DNA from: a bacterium
GTDB lineage: Bacteria > UBP6 > UBA1177
Length of the DNA: 64,000 nt
Direction of reading: 5' to 3'
Assembly: GCA_017538365.1 (NCBI GenBank)
Contig: JAFYIZ010000026.1
Span: 2,716-66,715, forward strand
The notes beneath the pieces are model-generated. The model did not search any database and was not told where the DNA came from. It saw only the letters and a list, made by a program, of their open reading frames with translations. Every line of letters begins with the position of its first letter. Within the stretch, counting starts at the first letter, position 1. This document shows positions 18,500 to 27,028 of the stretch, one piece after another. Position numbers and translations under genes: made by a program.

Positions 18500-18799
18500 T
18501 TGGAGCGGAACTTGGCAACCGGCAGAAAATCCAACTTTGGAGACAAAAGTTCGGAAAACAGCTTTCAGGCAGAGGAAATCGCCACCTTTTTAAAGTCGAA
18601 AAAACTCGAACACGCCTCTTTGATACTGCTTGACATGATGATCCCTTTCAAAAGGCAGATTTCAGCTTTTCTCTCGGTTGCGGAACCTCTCTCCTCGCTT
18701 CTCATAGGTCAGAAAAAAACATCTGAAATACTCGATTTTTCCAGTGGGGAAAATTCTTTTGAAGCGTTGAAGGAAGCACTTGAAAGAGGTGAAGGATGA
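18500..18799 (+). CDS. questionable small ORF (99 aa) or untranslated leader
   Basis: TTG start with no Shine-Dalgarno, only about 10 nt after the predicted transcription start. Its stop overlaps the next ATG (ATGA). No recognisable motif. Confidence 0.3.
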   Translation: MERNLATGRKSNFGDKSSENSFQAEEIATFLKSKKLEHASLILLDMMIPFKRQISAFLSVAEPLSSLLIGQKKTSEILDFSSGENSFEALKEALERGEG

Positions 18800-20253
18800 A
18801 TTCCGAGAACTTCACCGTATTTCTCTCGATGCGCAACATCGTAAGAAAAATCAGAATCGACTTCGACTACTACAACGAAAGCATATCTGCCGAAACCGAA
18901 GAAAGAACGCTCGGTGCAAATGATGACATTAGGGGCGAAATAGCGAAATTTTATGAAAAAAACGGTACAAAAGCGGAAAAAACGATACAGCGCATCATTA
19001 TTCCGGAAAGGCTTATGAACGCCGCGGTTTTCGGAATAAGCGAAGAGGGCTCCACCCGCTCGGCAAAAAGGCTTGCGTGGTCTAAACTTCTGAATGTAAA
19101 GCAGACCTACTCCGCTTCCGACGCGATTTCGACAGCAGATTTGACCGGCATAGATTACATAATAATTTCCGGTGGTTACGACAATTCAGTCAATAACAGG
19201 CTCAACAGTATGATCGTCTCTCTCGGCAAGAATCCGCAGCTTCTGGAACTGAAACCCAACATTATTTTTGCCGGAAGCCGTCTTTCGCTCGATACGGCGA
19301 GAAAAGAACTCGCCAAACCGGGGATCCGCTTTTCGGCGCAGGCGAACGTGCTTGAAAACAACCGCTATGCCGAGGATGTCGAGCTTCTTCAGCAGAACAC
19401 CCTTCCTCTTCTCCAGCAGATGACGCTTTGGGACGAAATCGAGGACGTGAAGATAAACGACATCGCCTACACCGAGGCTCTGCGGAAAATTTCAGATGTT
19501 TTCTGCATGAAACGCTCCGAAACCGTACTTTCCGCACTCTTCACCGACGACTATACGCTCCTCAGTCACGCGGAACGCGGCGCGGGAACAACTTTGTTCA
19601 GAAACTATGCCGTTCCTCAGGAAGCGGGAACTCTGACTACAGAAGTTTTCGAGTCGGTTTTCAACGATCTTCTGATCGAAAAACAGACTGTTTTCGACGA
19701 AAATTTCCAGCAGAAAAACGTTCTCGCCATAGACGACTCGGTAGAAAACATCATGTTTGAACCCGACAGAATAATCGGAGTAACCCTCACTGACAAAATC
19801 GATTTTGAAAAATTTATCCGCCTGGTTTCCATTCCCGGAATAACACACGGAACAATCTATTTTCTCTTTGACGATCAGGGAATCATTCTCGCCGGAATGA
19901 CAATGTTCATGCAGCGCAAAGGCGGCAGCAACTCGTTCCTGCGCGGATTTTTCAACACTACCGACATAAAAAACGGCTGGATATTCATACCTTACGGCAG
20001 ATTCAGAAAGGGAGCTCCGGCAATATTCATCGAAAAACTCGAAAGTGACAGAAAAGAGGATATCGTGCTCCGCTGGGGCGAATACCGCGTTCTTGAAATA
20101 AACCCCGATTCGGTAGTCGAGATCCACACTGCCAAAGGAGTCTTCATGACTAAAAACGACCCCGAAAGCAACAAAAAAACCATCGGCACGAAAAAAAGCA
20201 GAAAAACGCTGATTTTCGACCTTCGTGAAGAGATGCACAAATGGAAACAATGA
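18796..20253 (+). CDS. hypothetical cytoplasmic protein; segment resembling GlmL/MutL-type actin-fold (ASKHA) proteins but lacking the N-terminal phosphate-binding motif
   Basis: Good RBS (AGAGGTGAAGG). IDYIIISGGYDNSVNNRL...KPNIIFAGSRLS...ANVLEN parallels D.ILLAGGTDGGN...PIIVAGN...ENV of GlmL as recalled. No TM segments. Confidence 0.75.
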   Translation: MNSENFTVFLSMRNIVRKIRIDFDYYNESISAETEERTLGANDDIRGEIAKFYEKNGTKAEKTIQRIIIPERLMNAAVFGISEEGSTRSAKRLAWSKLLNVKQTYSASDAISTADLTGIDYIIISGGYDNSVNNRLNSMIVSLGKNPQLLELKPNIIFAGSRLSLDTARKELAKPGIRFSAQANVLENNRYAEDVELLQQNTLPLLQQMTLWDEIEDVKINDIAYTEALRKISDVFCMKRSETVLSALFTDDYTLLSHAERGAGTTLFRNYAVPQEAGTLTTEVFESVFNDLLIEKQTVFDENFQQKNVLAIDDSVENIMFEPDRIIGVTLTDKIDFEKFIRLVSIPGITHGTIYFLFDDQGIILAGMTMFMQRKGGSNSFLRGFFNTTDIKNGWIFIPYGRFRKGAPAIFIEKLESDRKEDIVLRWGEYRVLEINPDSVVEIHTAKGVFMTKNDPESNKKTIGTKKSRKTLIFDLREEMHKWKQ

Positions 20254-20972
20254 TCGATTTTAAAATATTTTCGCTTTTTGCGATATTCATGGTCTCTCTT
20301 CTGCTGCCGAACATTTTCGTCAGAAAATTCCCCTCGAAACTCTCGAGAGAAACGATGCTTCTGCTTCAGTTCATAAAAACGATGATCGACGAGGACAGCG
20401 GCAGAATAGCAGTCAACAGCTCGATCGATTCGAAAGCTCACCCGCTCTTTTCCGCTGCGGCGAGATTCATAGACGAGATTCTGGAAGAAAGCGATGCGGG
20501 GAACTCGGTAAGAACAACAATTCCGGAAGAGTTCGGCGTTATCGCGAATCGCAGTTCGGAAAGCGCATCGATCCTTTTCACGCCGCTTTCAAACGCGAAC
20601 AACACTTTCTACACGACCATTGAAAAGCGTGAAATGAATGCATCGCTCATTCTCAATATTTCAGACGGTTCCGCCATTTCGGACTGGGATGCCTACAATT
20701 CCGACTCGGACAAAAAACGAATCGCTATATCATGCTCGATAGAAGGGCTTCTGATCGACGCAATCAACTCAAAAAGGTGCCTTATTTCGCTTGAACCCTT
20801 TCTGATGAGCGCGCAGATAAAGAAGCTGAAAAACAAACGCACTCTTGAAACTTGGGGAGTTTACCTGTTTCTGGCAATAGTCGCAGCTATAATTCTTTCG
20901 CTTTCGCTGTGCAGAACCCTTGCGCCCTACTACCCTTTTTTCGACAATCTCATGAAAACGGTGGCTGAATGA
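20241..20972 (+). CDS. hypothetical membrane protein (N- and C-terminal hydrophobic segments)
   Basis: ATG at 20241, or ATG at 20250 (ATGA overlap with the upstream stop). TM-like FSLFAIFMVSLLLPNIFV and WGVYLFLAIVAAIILSLSL. Confidence 0.7.
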   Translation: METMIDFKIFSLFAIFMVSLLLPNIFVRKFPSKLSRETMLLLQFIKTMIDEDSGRIAVNSSIDSKAHPLFSAAARFIDEILEESDAGNSVRTTIPEEFGVIANRSSESASILFTPLSNANNTFYTTIEKREMNASLILNISDGSAISDWDAYNSDSDKKRIAISCSIEGLLIDAINSKRCLISLEPFLMSAQIKKLKNKRTLETWGVYLFLAIVAAIILSLSLCRTLAPYYPFFDNLMKTVAE

Positions 20973-22477
20973 AATTAAAAATAATCCTCATATCGGTTTT
21001 TGTCTGCATCGTCGCGGTTTTCGTCATGATTTCGCTCGGCATTGAAAGCGCTTTTCTGACAAAGGCGGTGCGCTGGACCGAGATCGTCATCGTTCTTTCG
21101 TTTTTCGCCGGTCTGTTCAAGTTTCTGGCAAGAGAGGCTTCTTCGATAAAATACTCCTTCCGGGAACTCAGAGAATCGTTCTCTTCGAAGAAAACCTCAT
21201 CGGTTCTCAAAGATGTCCTCTCAACTTCCACAGAAAACGCAAAAAAGACGAAACTTCCCGGCACAGGCACACAGACACAGAGCAAAGAGGAAAAATCCCG
21301 TCTGATCAGCAAACTTTTGAATTCGCTGATTATTCTCGTTTCAGCCGTTGCGACTTTCACTTTGGGTTTCATAAACCCGAACCAGAGCCGCTACACTTTT
21401 GAAAACATCGTGAGGGAACAGCCCGATTTCCTGACCGAAACAGCACTCGTCTTCATCGAAAACGATCTTTATCTTTCAAAATTCCCTTCTAAAAAGAAAC
21501 TCGCGCTCTATATCTCGGCCGATGTTTCGACCGACTTCTTCCCGTCGGAAGAGATGTTGAAAAATGCCGATATAACACTGAAAAACTATCAGAGACTCCT
21601 TTCTGAAAACAAGATATCATCTCCTTACGCGGACTCTTCCGATTCCGGAATAACATTCATAAATCCGAACAACATGAAGCGCGTCAAAGAGATAAAAGAA
21701 AAGGTAAAATCGGCATCCATAGCCATAATTTCAGATATGTTCCCTATCTCTCAGGAACTCAAGGAGTGGTTTGACACTTCAATCGCATCACTCAAGCAGA
21801 ACGAACTCACATTCGGTCTCGAAGCTGGTGAAAAGAACCGTTTCGAAGACTTCAAATACAGCGGCATAAAAATCGACGGAAGCGGAACCGAACTTGAAAC
21901 GTGGATCACAAAAGAAAAGGAGCTGCTGCGTACTAAATCGGAAAAGCTGAATAGAGAGATGTTCCGGTACAACAACTTCCTGACAAACAGCCGGATTTCC
22001 GAAATGACTGCTGAAAAACTTTCCGCGACAGGATCTTCAAACCTTCCGCCTGAGAGCAAAAAAAGAATAGCCGCAAAATTCCTTGAAACCGGAATCACGA
22101 CAAGCCCGGAAATAAAAGGCTTTATCCGCTGGATCTACCGATACATCTTTGATCCTCTGCTTTCTTCTTTCGTCGCACTGCTGCTTCTGAACATGCTTTC
22201 CACAGTTTACAGCCGATTCTCCCTAAGAAGCTATTCATACTGCGTCATAACGATCGCATTCGTCATGACTTTGACCGGTCTCACCGACCAGTACTGGCTT
22301 TTTTCGCAGGATCTTATTTCAGACTGGAACGGTCCGATGTCTCCCGGCTGGATAATGAATATCCTCGCAGTTCCAGTATTCAAGGCTCTGGCGATAGGAA
22401 CAGCCAGCGGTCTGCTGTTTTTTACGGCTGAAAATTTTTACACGACTTTTTTTGCAGGCTCCGGAGATAAGAAATGA
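20969..22477 (+). CDS. hypothetical polytopic membrane protein with large central soluble region
   Basis: ATGA overlap with the upstream gene. N-terminal TM pair, a soluble stretch of roughly 250 aa rich in K/E/S, and C-terminal TM segments. Confidence 0.75.
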   Translation: MKLKIILISVFVCIVAVFVMISLGIESAFLTKAVRWTEIVIVLSFFAGLFKFLAREASSIKYSFRELRESFSSKKTSSVLKDVLSTSTENAKKTKLPGTGTQTQSKEEKSRLISKLLNSLIILVSAVATFTLGFINPNQSRYTFENIVREQPDFLTETALVFIENDLYLSKFPSKKKLALYISADVSTDFFPSEEMLKNADITLKNYQRLLSENKISSPYADSSDSGITFINPNNMKRVKEIKEKVKSASIAIISDMFPISQELKEWFDTSIASLKQNELTFGLEAGEKNRFEDFKYSGIKIDGSGTELETWITKEKELLRTKSEKLNREMFRYNNFLTNSRISEMTAEKLSATGSSNLPPESKKRIAAKFLETGITTSPEIKGFIRWIYRYIFDPLLSSFVALLLLNMLSTVYSRFSLRSYSYCVITIAFVMTLTGLTDQYWLFSQDLISDWNGPMSPGWIMNILAVPVFKALAIGTASGLLFFTAENFYTTFFAGSGDKK

Positions 22478-23364
22478 GAAATTTCATAGATAACATCTCG
22501 GCAGCTATCGCAAGAATACCGCAGTGGGGCTTGATCTTCCCCATTCTTTTCCTCATGATGTTCCACTACTTCGCAATTTTCGACAAAAACAAAGCCGAAC
22601 AGGAAGCCGGACTGAACGTGGCGCCGACGGAAAACGAAATGAAAGTTTTCAGGATCGTAAACGAACTGCCGCCAGACTCGAAAGTTCTTATTCTTGTAAA
22701 CTACGGACCGGAATCCAAATACGAGCTTGAATCGGCAATGTCGGCTCTGATCGGAGTTTTAGCAGAGAAAAACATCGGGATCGCCTTTGCGACAATGATT
22801 CCCAACGGCGTTGAATCAACTTTTACCGCAGTTGAAAAAAGCATCGAAAACGGAAGTTTCGGCAAAGAGCGCTTCGTTTACGGTCACGAATACACTCACT
22901 TGGGATTCATCGTCGGCGGCAATATCGCGACATACCTCATTGCCAACAACTTCGGCGAGGTCAAAGAGCGCGACATTTTCGACAGCAGCACCGAAATCCA
23001 CCAGCCGCTGATGAGCGAGATCGGCAGCATTTCCGATTTTTCTGCGGTTTTCGAATTTTCCTCGCAGACTTTCGACGGCGTTCCGGGCATAGTCTCGTTT
23101 GCCGTAATGCTGAAGGACAAAAACGTGAAAAAAGTCGCATTCTGCTCGTCTGATATGCTTTCGGCCTACATTCCGTTCAGAGGATCGCTTTACCTCGACG
23201 GACTTGTCGGCGGTTTCAAGTCGATTGCAGTCTTTATCCACGAATTCCAGCCCTCTCTGAATATAGAAAAACAGTATGCGATTCTCTCGACGATCCTGTT
23301 TTACATAATCGGGCTTGTAATATTTTCGAACTTGATAGAACTTACAAGAAAGAATAAAAAATGA
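22474..23364 (+). CDS. hypothetical bitopic membrane protein (TM at both ends)
   Basis: ATGA overlap upstream. WGLIFPILFLMMFHYFAIF near the N-terminus and ILSTILFYIIGLVIFSNLI at the C-terminus. Confidence 0.75.
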   Translation: MRNFIDNISAAIARIPQWGLIFPILFLMMFHYFAIFDKNKAEQEAGLNVAPTENEMKVFRIVNELPPDSKVLILVNYGPESKYELESAMSALIGVLAEKNIGIAFATMIPNGVESTFTAVEKSIENGSFGKERFVYGHEYTHLGFIVGGNIATYLIANNFGEVKERDIFDSSTEIHQPLMSEIGSISDFSAVFEFSSQTFDGVPGIVSFAVMLKDKNVKKVAFCSSDMLSAYIPFRGSLYLDGLVGGFKSIAVFIHEFQPSLNIEKQYAILSTILFYIIGLVIFSNLIELTRKNKK

Positions 23365-24005
23365 ATATTTTCAACGATGTAGGAACCATAACGGCTTTAT
23401 TGCTCACCCTTGCGGTATTTTCGGGATTCTTCAAGCCGAACCCGCTTTACCGCTTTGCAGAGTCGCTTTTCATCGGCGTTTCAGCCGGCTACTTCGCGGT
23501 TATATGGTATTTTTCGATAATCAGACCAGCCTACAAATCGGCTGTCAACGGCGATCTGCTCATCCTGATACCGCTTATCGCAGGTCTTCTGCTGTTTATT
23601 CCGTCGAACAGTGAAGCAGCATATTCGAAACTCCGCTTTCTGCCGGCAGCATTCATCGTCATCGTCACCACGGCGATCAACATTCCCGTCTATTTTTCGG
23701 CTTTCATTCAGGAGATGATACGCACTTCGATAATTCCGCTCGTCTCGTTTGACGAAAGCGGCGCTCTGCAGATCGACATGACAATAAACGCGGTACTCAG
23801 CATCGTATGCATAACTTCGACGATGATGTTTCTGGTCGCCCGCCACAAGAACAACAACCGTTTTATAAACACGACTGGAGAAATAGGCAGGTTCTTCATA
23901 TTAGTTGCAATAGGCTCCGCTTTTGCTTATACTTTGCTTTCGAGACTTATTCTTTTTATGGGTAAGATTGAGTTCATTATGAATGCTGTCAGAATGGGAT
24001 TCTAA
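23361..24005 (+). CDS. hypothetical polytopic integral membrane protein
   Basis: ATGA overlap upstream. About 6 hydrophobic segments. No recognisable motif. Confidence 0.75.
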   Translation: MNIFNDVGTITALLLTLAVFSGFFKPNPLYRFAESLFIGVSAGYFAVIWYFSIIRPAYKSAVNGDLLILIPLIAGLLLFIPSNSEAAYSKLRFLPAAFIVIVTTAINIPVYFSAFIQEMIRTSIIPLVSFDESGALQIDMTINAVLSIVCITSTMMFLVARHKNNNRFINTTGEIGRFFILVAIGSAFAYTLLSRLILFMGKIEFIMNAVRMGF

Positions 24006-24022
24006 GAGATAAAGGGGGAAAA

Positions 24023-26929
24023 ATGAGAAAAAAATTGGCGCTTGTGCTGGTTTTGTTTCTGGCGTTCGTTCTCAATGCCAGCTTTTTCGGACACAATTCG
24101 TGGCTAACAAAAGACGCATCGCTGCAAAAAGGCGAAATAACGGTTTTTGCCCTCAAAACCGCCGAAAAACGCTATCTCGACAAATCGAAAATCAAAGTCG
24201 CAGACCTTCTGACCTACGCCCTTGACGCCGTTCAGGATTCCCTTCCCGAAACTCTCATCTCTTATGACAAAGAGAAAAAAGTAATAAATCTGCAGATTTA
24301 CAACCAAAAGCACGTTATAAAAGTAAAAAGTCTGCGTGATGTCGTGGATGTAGCTTACGCTCTCAGATCGGTCTATATCCACCTTGACAAAGAGTACATC
24401 CCGGAACCTCCGCTCACGAAGGACGATATCGAATACATCGCTATAAACGGAATCCTCAAGAAACTCGATCCCCACTCGTATATTTTCACTCCGAAAGACT
24501 TCGACGACTTCGAAAAATCGACCGGAGGCAACTTCGGAGGTCTCGGCATAGTAGTCGGCATGAACGACAACGGCGAAATCACCGTTATTTCCCCGATGAA
24601 AGGCACTCCGGCGACAAAAGCGGGAATCGAGGCAAACGACGTAATCGTCCAGATCGACGACACTTCGGCGGTAAACCTCACTCTCGACAAAGCAGTCAGC
24701 AAAATGAGAGGAGAACCTGGAACCCCGATAACGCTTATGGTAAGACGCGAAGGCGTGCCCGAACTTCTCAAATTCGAAATAGTCCGCGCAGTCATCAAAA
24801 TCACGTCGGTTCTCGCTGCAATGCCGCAGCCGGGAATCGGATACATCAACCTTTCGGGATTTATGGAAAACACCTATTCAACTCTCGTCGAAGAGCTTGA
24901 CGGACTCAAAAAGAAAGGGATGAAAGCACTCGTTCTCGATATGCGCAACAACTCCGGCGGACTTCTGTCGCAGGCGATAGCGATAAGCGATATTTTCCTC
25001 GACAAAGGAGTCATCGTTTCCACAGTCGAAGACGATGAAGAGATAGAATCCAACTACGCGAAGAAAAGCCGCGGCGACATTCTCGACATTCCGATAATCG
25101 TGATGATAAACGAAGGTTCCGCTTCGGCAACCGAAATCGTTACTGCTGCACTCAAAAAGAACGGCAGAGCGACTGTTCTCGGCAGAAAAAGCTTCGGCAA
25201 AGGAAGCGTTCAGACAATTATCGGAACTCCCGGCGGCGGCGGAATGAAGCTCACGATTGCCGAGTATCTCACTCCGGGCAACATTTCAATCCAGTCGGTC
25301 GGCATCACGCCTGACATCGAAACAAGGGCTGTTTTTATCCATCCCGATAAAATTTCGGTCTTTGATTCTGGCGAAAACATTCTGAAGGAAGGCGATCTCG
25401 AAGAGCACATCGTCAGCCAGTACGCACCGAAAACAGTTGAAAAACCGCTCACGACGATCCGTTATTTCAAAGAGTACAAAGACGTCAAAACGATAATCAA
25501 AGAACGCCGCGAACAGAAGGACGACGAGTTCAGAAGCGACGAAGAAATCGAAATCGCGGTCAAAATCGCCGAACAGATGACAAAAAAGATGAGAGCTTAC
25601 GAAAGCTCACAGGTGATAAAAGACGAAGAATGGAAGAAAATCCTCGCAAAACTGCATGAAAACGGCATAAACTGGAAGGAAAAAGTCTCTCTCGCACAAC
25701 CGAAAACCGACACTTTGAAAGTCACGATGCTGAGTGACGGCAAATTCAAAGGAGGCGAAACGGCGAAATTCACGTTCAAAGCGGAACTTGAAGGCGAAAT
25801 CGAAAACCTTCTCGGCGTTTTTGAAACTCCGATCAAAAATCTCAGGCGTATTGAAGTTCCTTTCGGTACTTTCACTGGCTCGGTAGAACGCACTGTCAAC
25901 GTAAAACTTCCAGAATCAGTGCAGTGGCAGAAAACCGAAGGAACAATGAAGCTCTACCTCAACGAACCTGAAAAGAAAAAAGAGATAAAAACCGCAAAAT
26001 TCACAGTTGAAACGGTTCCGGTAGAACAGCCGGAACTCAGATTTGCCGTTGTTGCAGCGGAAACAATCGGAAACCGCGACGGCTTCATCCAGAGCGGCGA
26101 ATCCGCAGAACTCACCCTCATGATAACGAACGAAGGCAAAGGCGCCGTTCTTGAAGGAAAGGCAATGCTTATAAACACCAACGACACCGAAGAAATCTTC
26201 ATTGAAAACGGCACAAACTCGTTTACGCTCGAACCCGGAAAGTCGATGAATGCAAAATTCACATTCAAAACCGAAGTGCCTGTTAAAAAAGAAGATCTTG
26301 CAAAGCAGAAACTTTCACTTTCGGTTTACGACTACAAGCTGAAATACAGCGCAGAGTTCGACATTCCCTTTACTGATGCGGCGAAGTGCACTTTTGAAGA
26401 AGCAAAATCTAAGGTAGCTCTTGCAAAAGGAACGGAACTTTTCAACGCTTCAGACCTTTCGACAAAAATCGGTTCGGTATCTGCCGACGGAAACGCCGAT
26501 TCAGCAGGAAAATGCGGAGATGCGATGCTTCTTGAAAGCGGTCTCTGGGTAAAAGCGGAAAATGCGGCTCCGGCAAAAGGAAAAACTGAAATCAAAATCG
26601 AAAACGAATATCCGCTCACTATGCCGAAAATCGTCTTCGACAAAACGCCTCTCATCACAGATCAGAAAACGACTAAAATAGAATTCGGGATCAATCCTGA
26701 CGAAGTAAAAGACATCTTTGTATTCCTCAACGGCAAAAAGGTTTTCTACAAACGGATCGAAAAAGATGAAAAGACTGAACTTTTCGGCGTTGACGTCGAA
26801 ATGAAGAAAAAATACAACCGCATATCCGTTGCGGTAACCGGATCAGACGCAAAAACGAAAACCGTTTCAAAGTTCGTAACCTTCACAAAAGGCGAAGACA
26901 AAAACGAAGAAGACGATTACGACGATTAG
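24023..26929 (+). CDS. carboxy-terminal processing (S41, Ctp/Prc-like) serine protease with PDZ domain and about 500-aa C-terminal extension
   Basis: PDZ GGLGIVVGMNDNGEITVISPMKGTPATKAGIEANDVIVQIDD. S41 motifs LVLDMRNNSGGLL, INEGSASATEIV, GRKSFGKGSVQ. RBS AAGGGGGA. The beta-rich C-terminal half has no recognisable motif. Confidence 0.9.
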   Translation: MRKKLALVLVLFLAFVLNASFFGHNSWLTKDASLQKGEITVFALKTAEKRYLDKSKIKVADLLTYALDAVQDSLPETLISYDKEKKVINLQIYNQKHVIKVKSLRDVVDVAYALRSVYIHLDKEYIPEPPLTKDDIEYIAINGILKKLDPHSYIFTPKDFDDFEKSTGGNFGGLGIVVGMNDNGEITVISPMKGTPATKAGIEANDVIVQIDDTSAVNLTLDKAVSKMRGEPGTPITLMVRREGVPELLKFEIVRAVIKITSVLAAMPQPGIGYINLSGFMENTYSTLVEELDGLKKKGMKALVLDMRNNSGGLLSQAIAISDIFLDKGVIVSTVEDDEEIESNYAKKSRGDILDIPIIVMINEGSASATEIVTAALKKNGRATVLGRKSFGKGSVQTIIGTPGGGGMKLTIAEYLTPGNISIQSVGITPDIETRAVFIHPDKISVFDSGENILKEGDLEEHIVSQYAPKTVEKPLTTIRYFKEYKDVKTIIKERREQKDDEFRSDEEIEIAVKIAEQMTKKMRAYESSQVIKDEEWKKILAKLHENGINWKEKVSLAQPKTDTLKVTMLSDGKFKGGETAKFTFKAELEGEIENLLGVFETPIKNLRRIEVPFGTFTGSVERTVNVKLPESVQWQKTEGTMKLYLNEPEKKKEIKTAKFTVETVPVEQPELRFAVVAAETIGNRDGFIQSGESAELTLMITNEGKGAVLEGKAMLINTNDTEEIFIENGTNSFTLEPGKSMNAKFTFKTEVPVKKEDLAKQKLSLSVYDYKLKYSAEFDIPFTDAAKCTFEEAKSKVALAKGTELFNASDLSTKIGSVSADGNADSAGKCGDAMLLESGLWVKAENAAPAKGKTEIKIENEYPLTMPKIVFDKTPLITDQKTTKIEFGINPDEVKDIFVFLNGKKVFYKRIEKDEKTELFGVDVEMKKKYNRISVAVTGSDAKTKTVSKFVTFTKGEDKNEEDDYDD

Positions 26930-27028
26930 TTTTCACCGCAAAACAGGCAAAAAAAGACTTTTTTTTATTATTTTTTCAAGTATAATCCGCACCGTTGATG
27001 TTTTTTAAACTTTTTCAAGGAGGTTTTC

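Noticed and set aside
19492-20250. 252-aa minus-strand ORF inside the 18796-20253 gene (and the similar antisense ORFs at 13459-13983, 14335-14904 and 15409-16020)
   Set aside because: The sense-strand genes are long, have RBSs and are translationally coupled to neighbours. The antisense frames are V/F/D-rich shadow ORFs.
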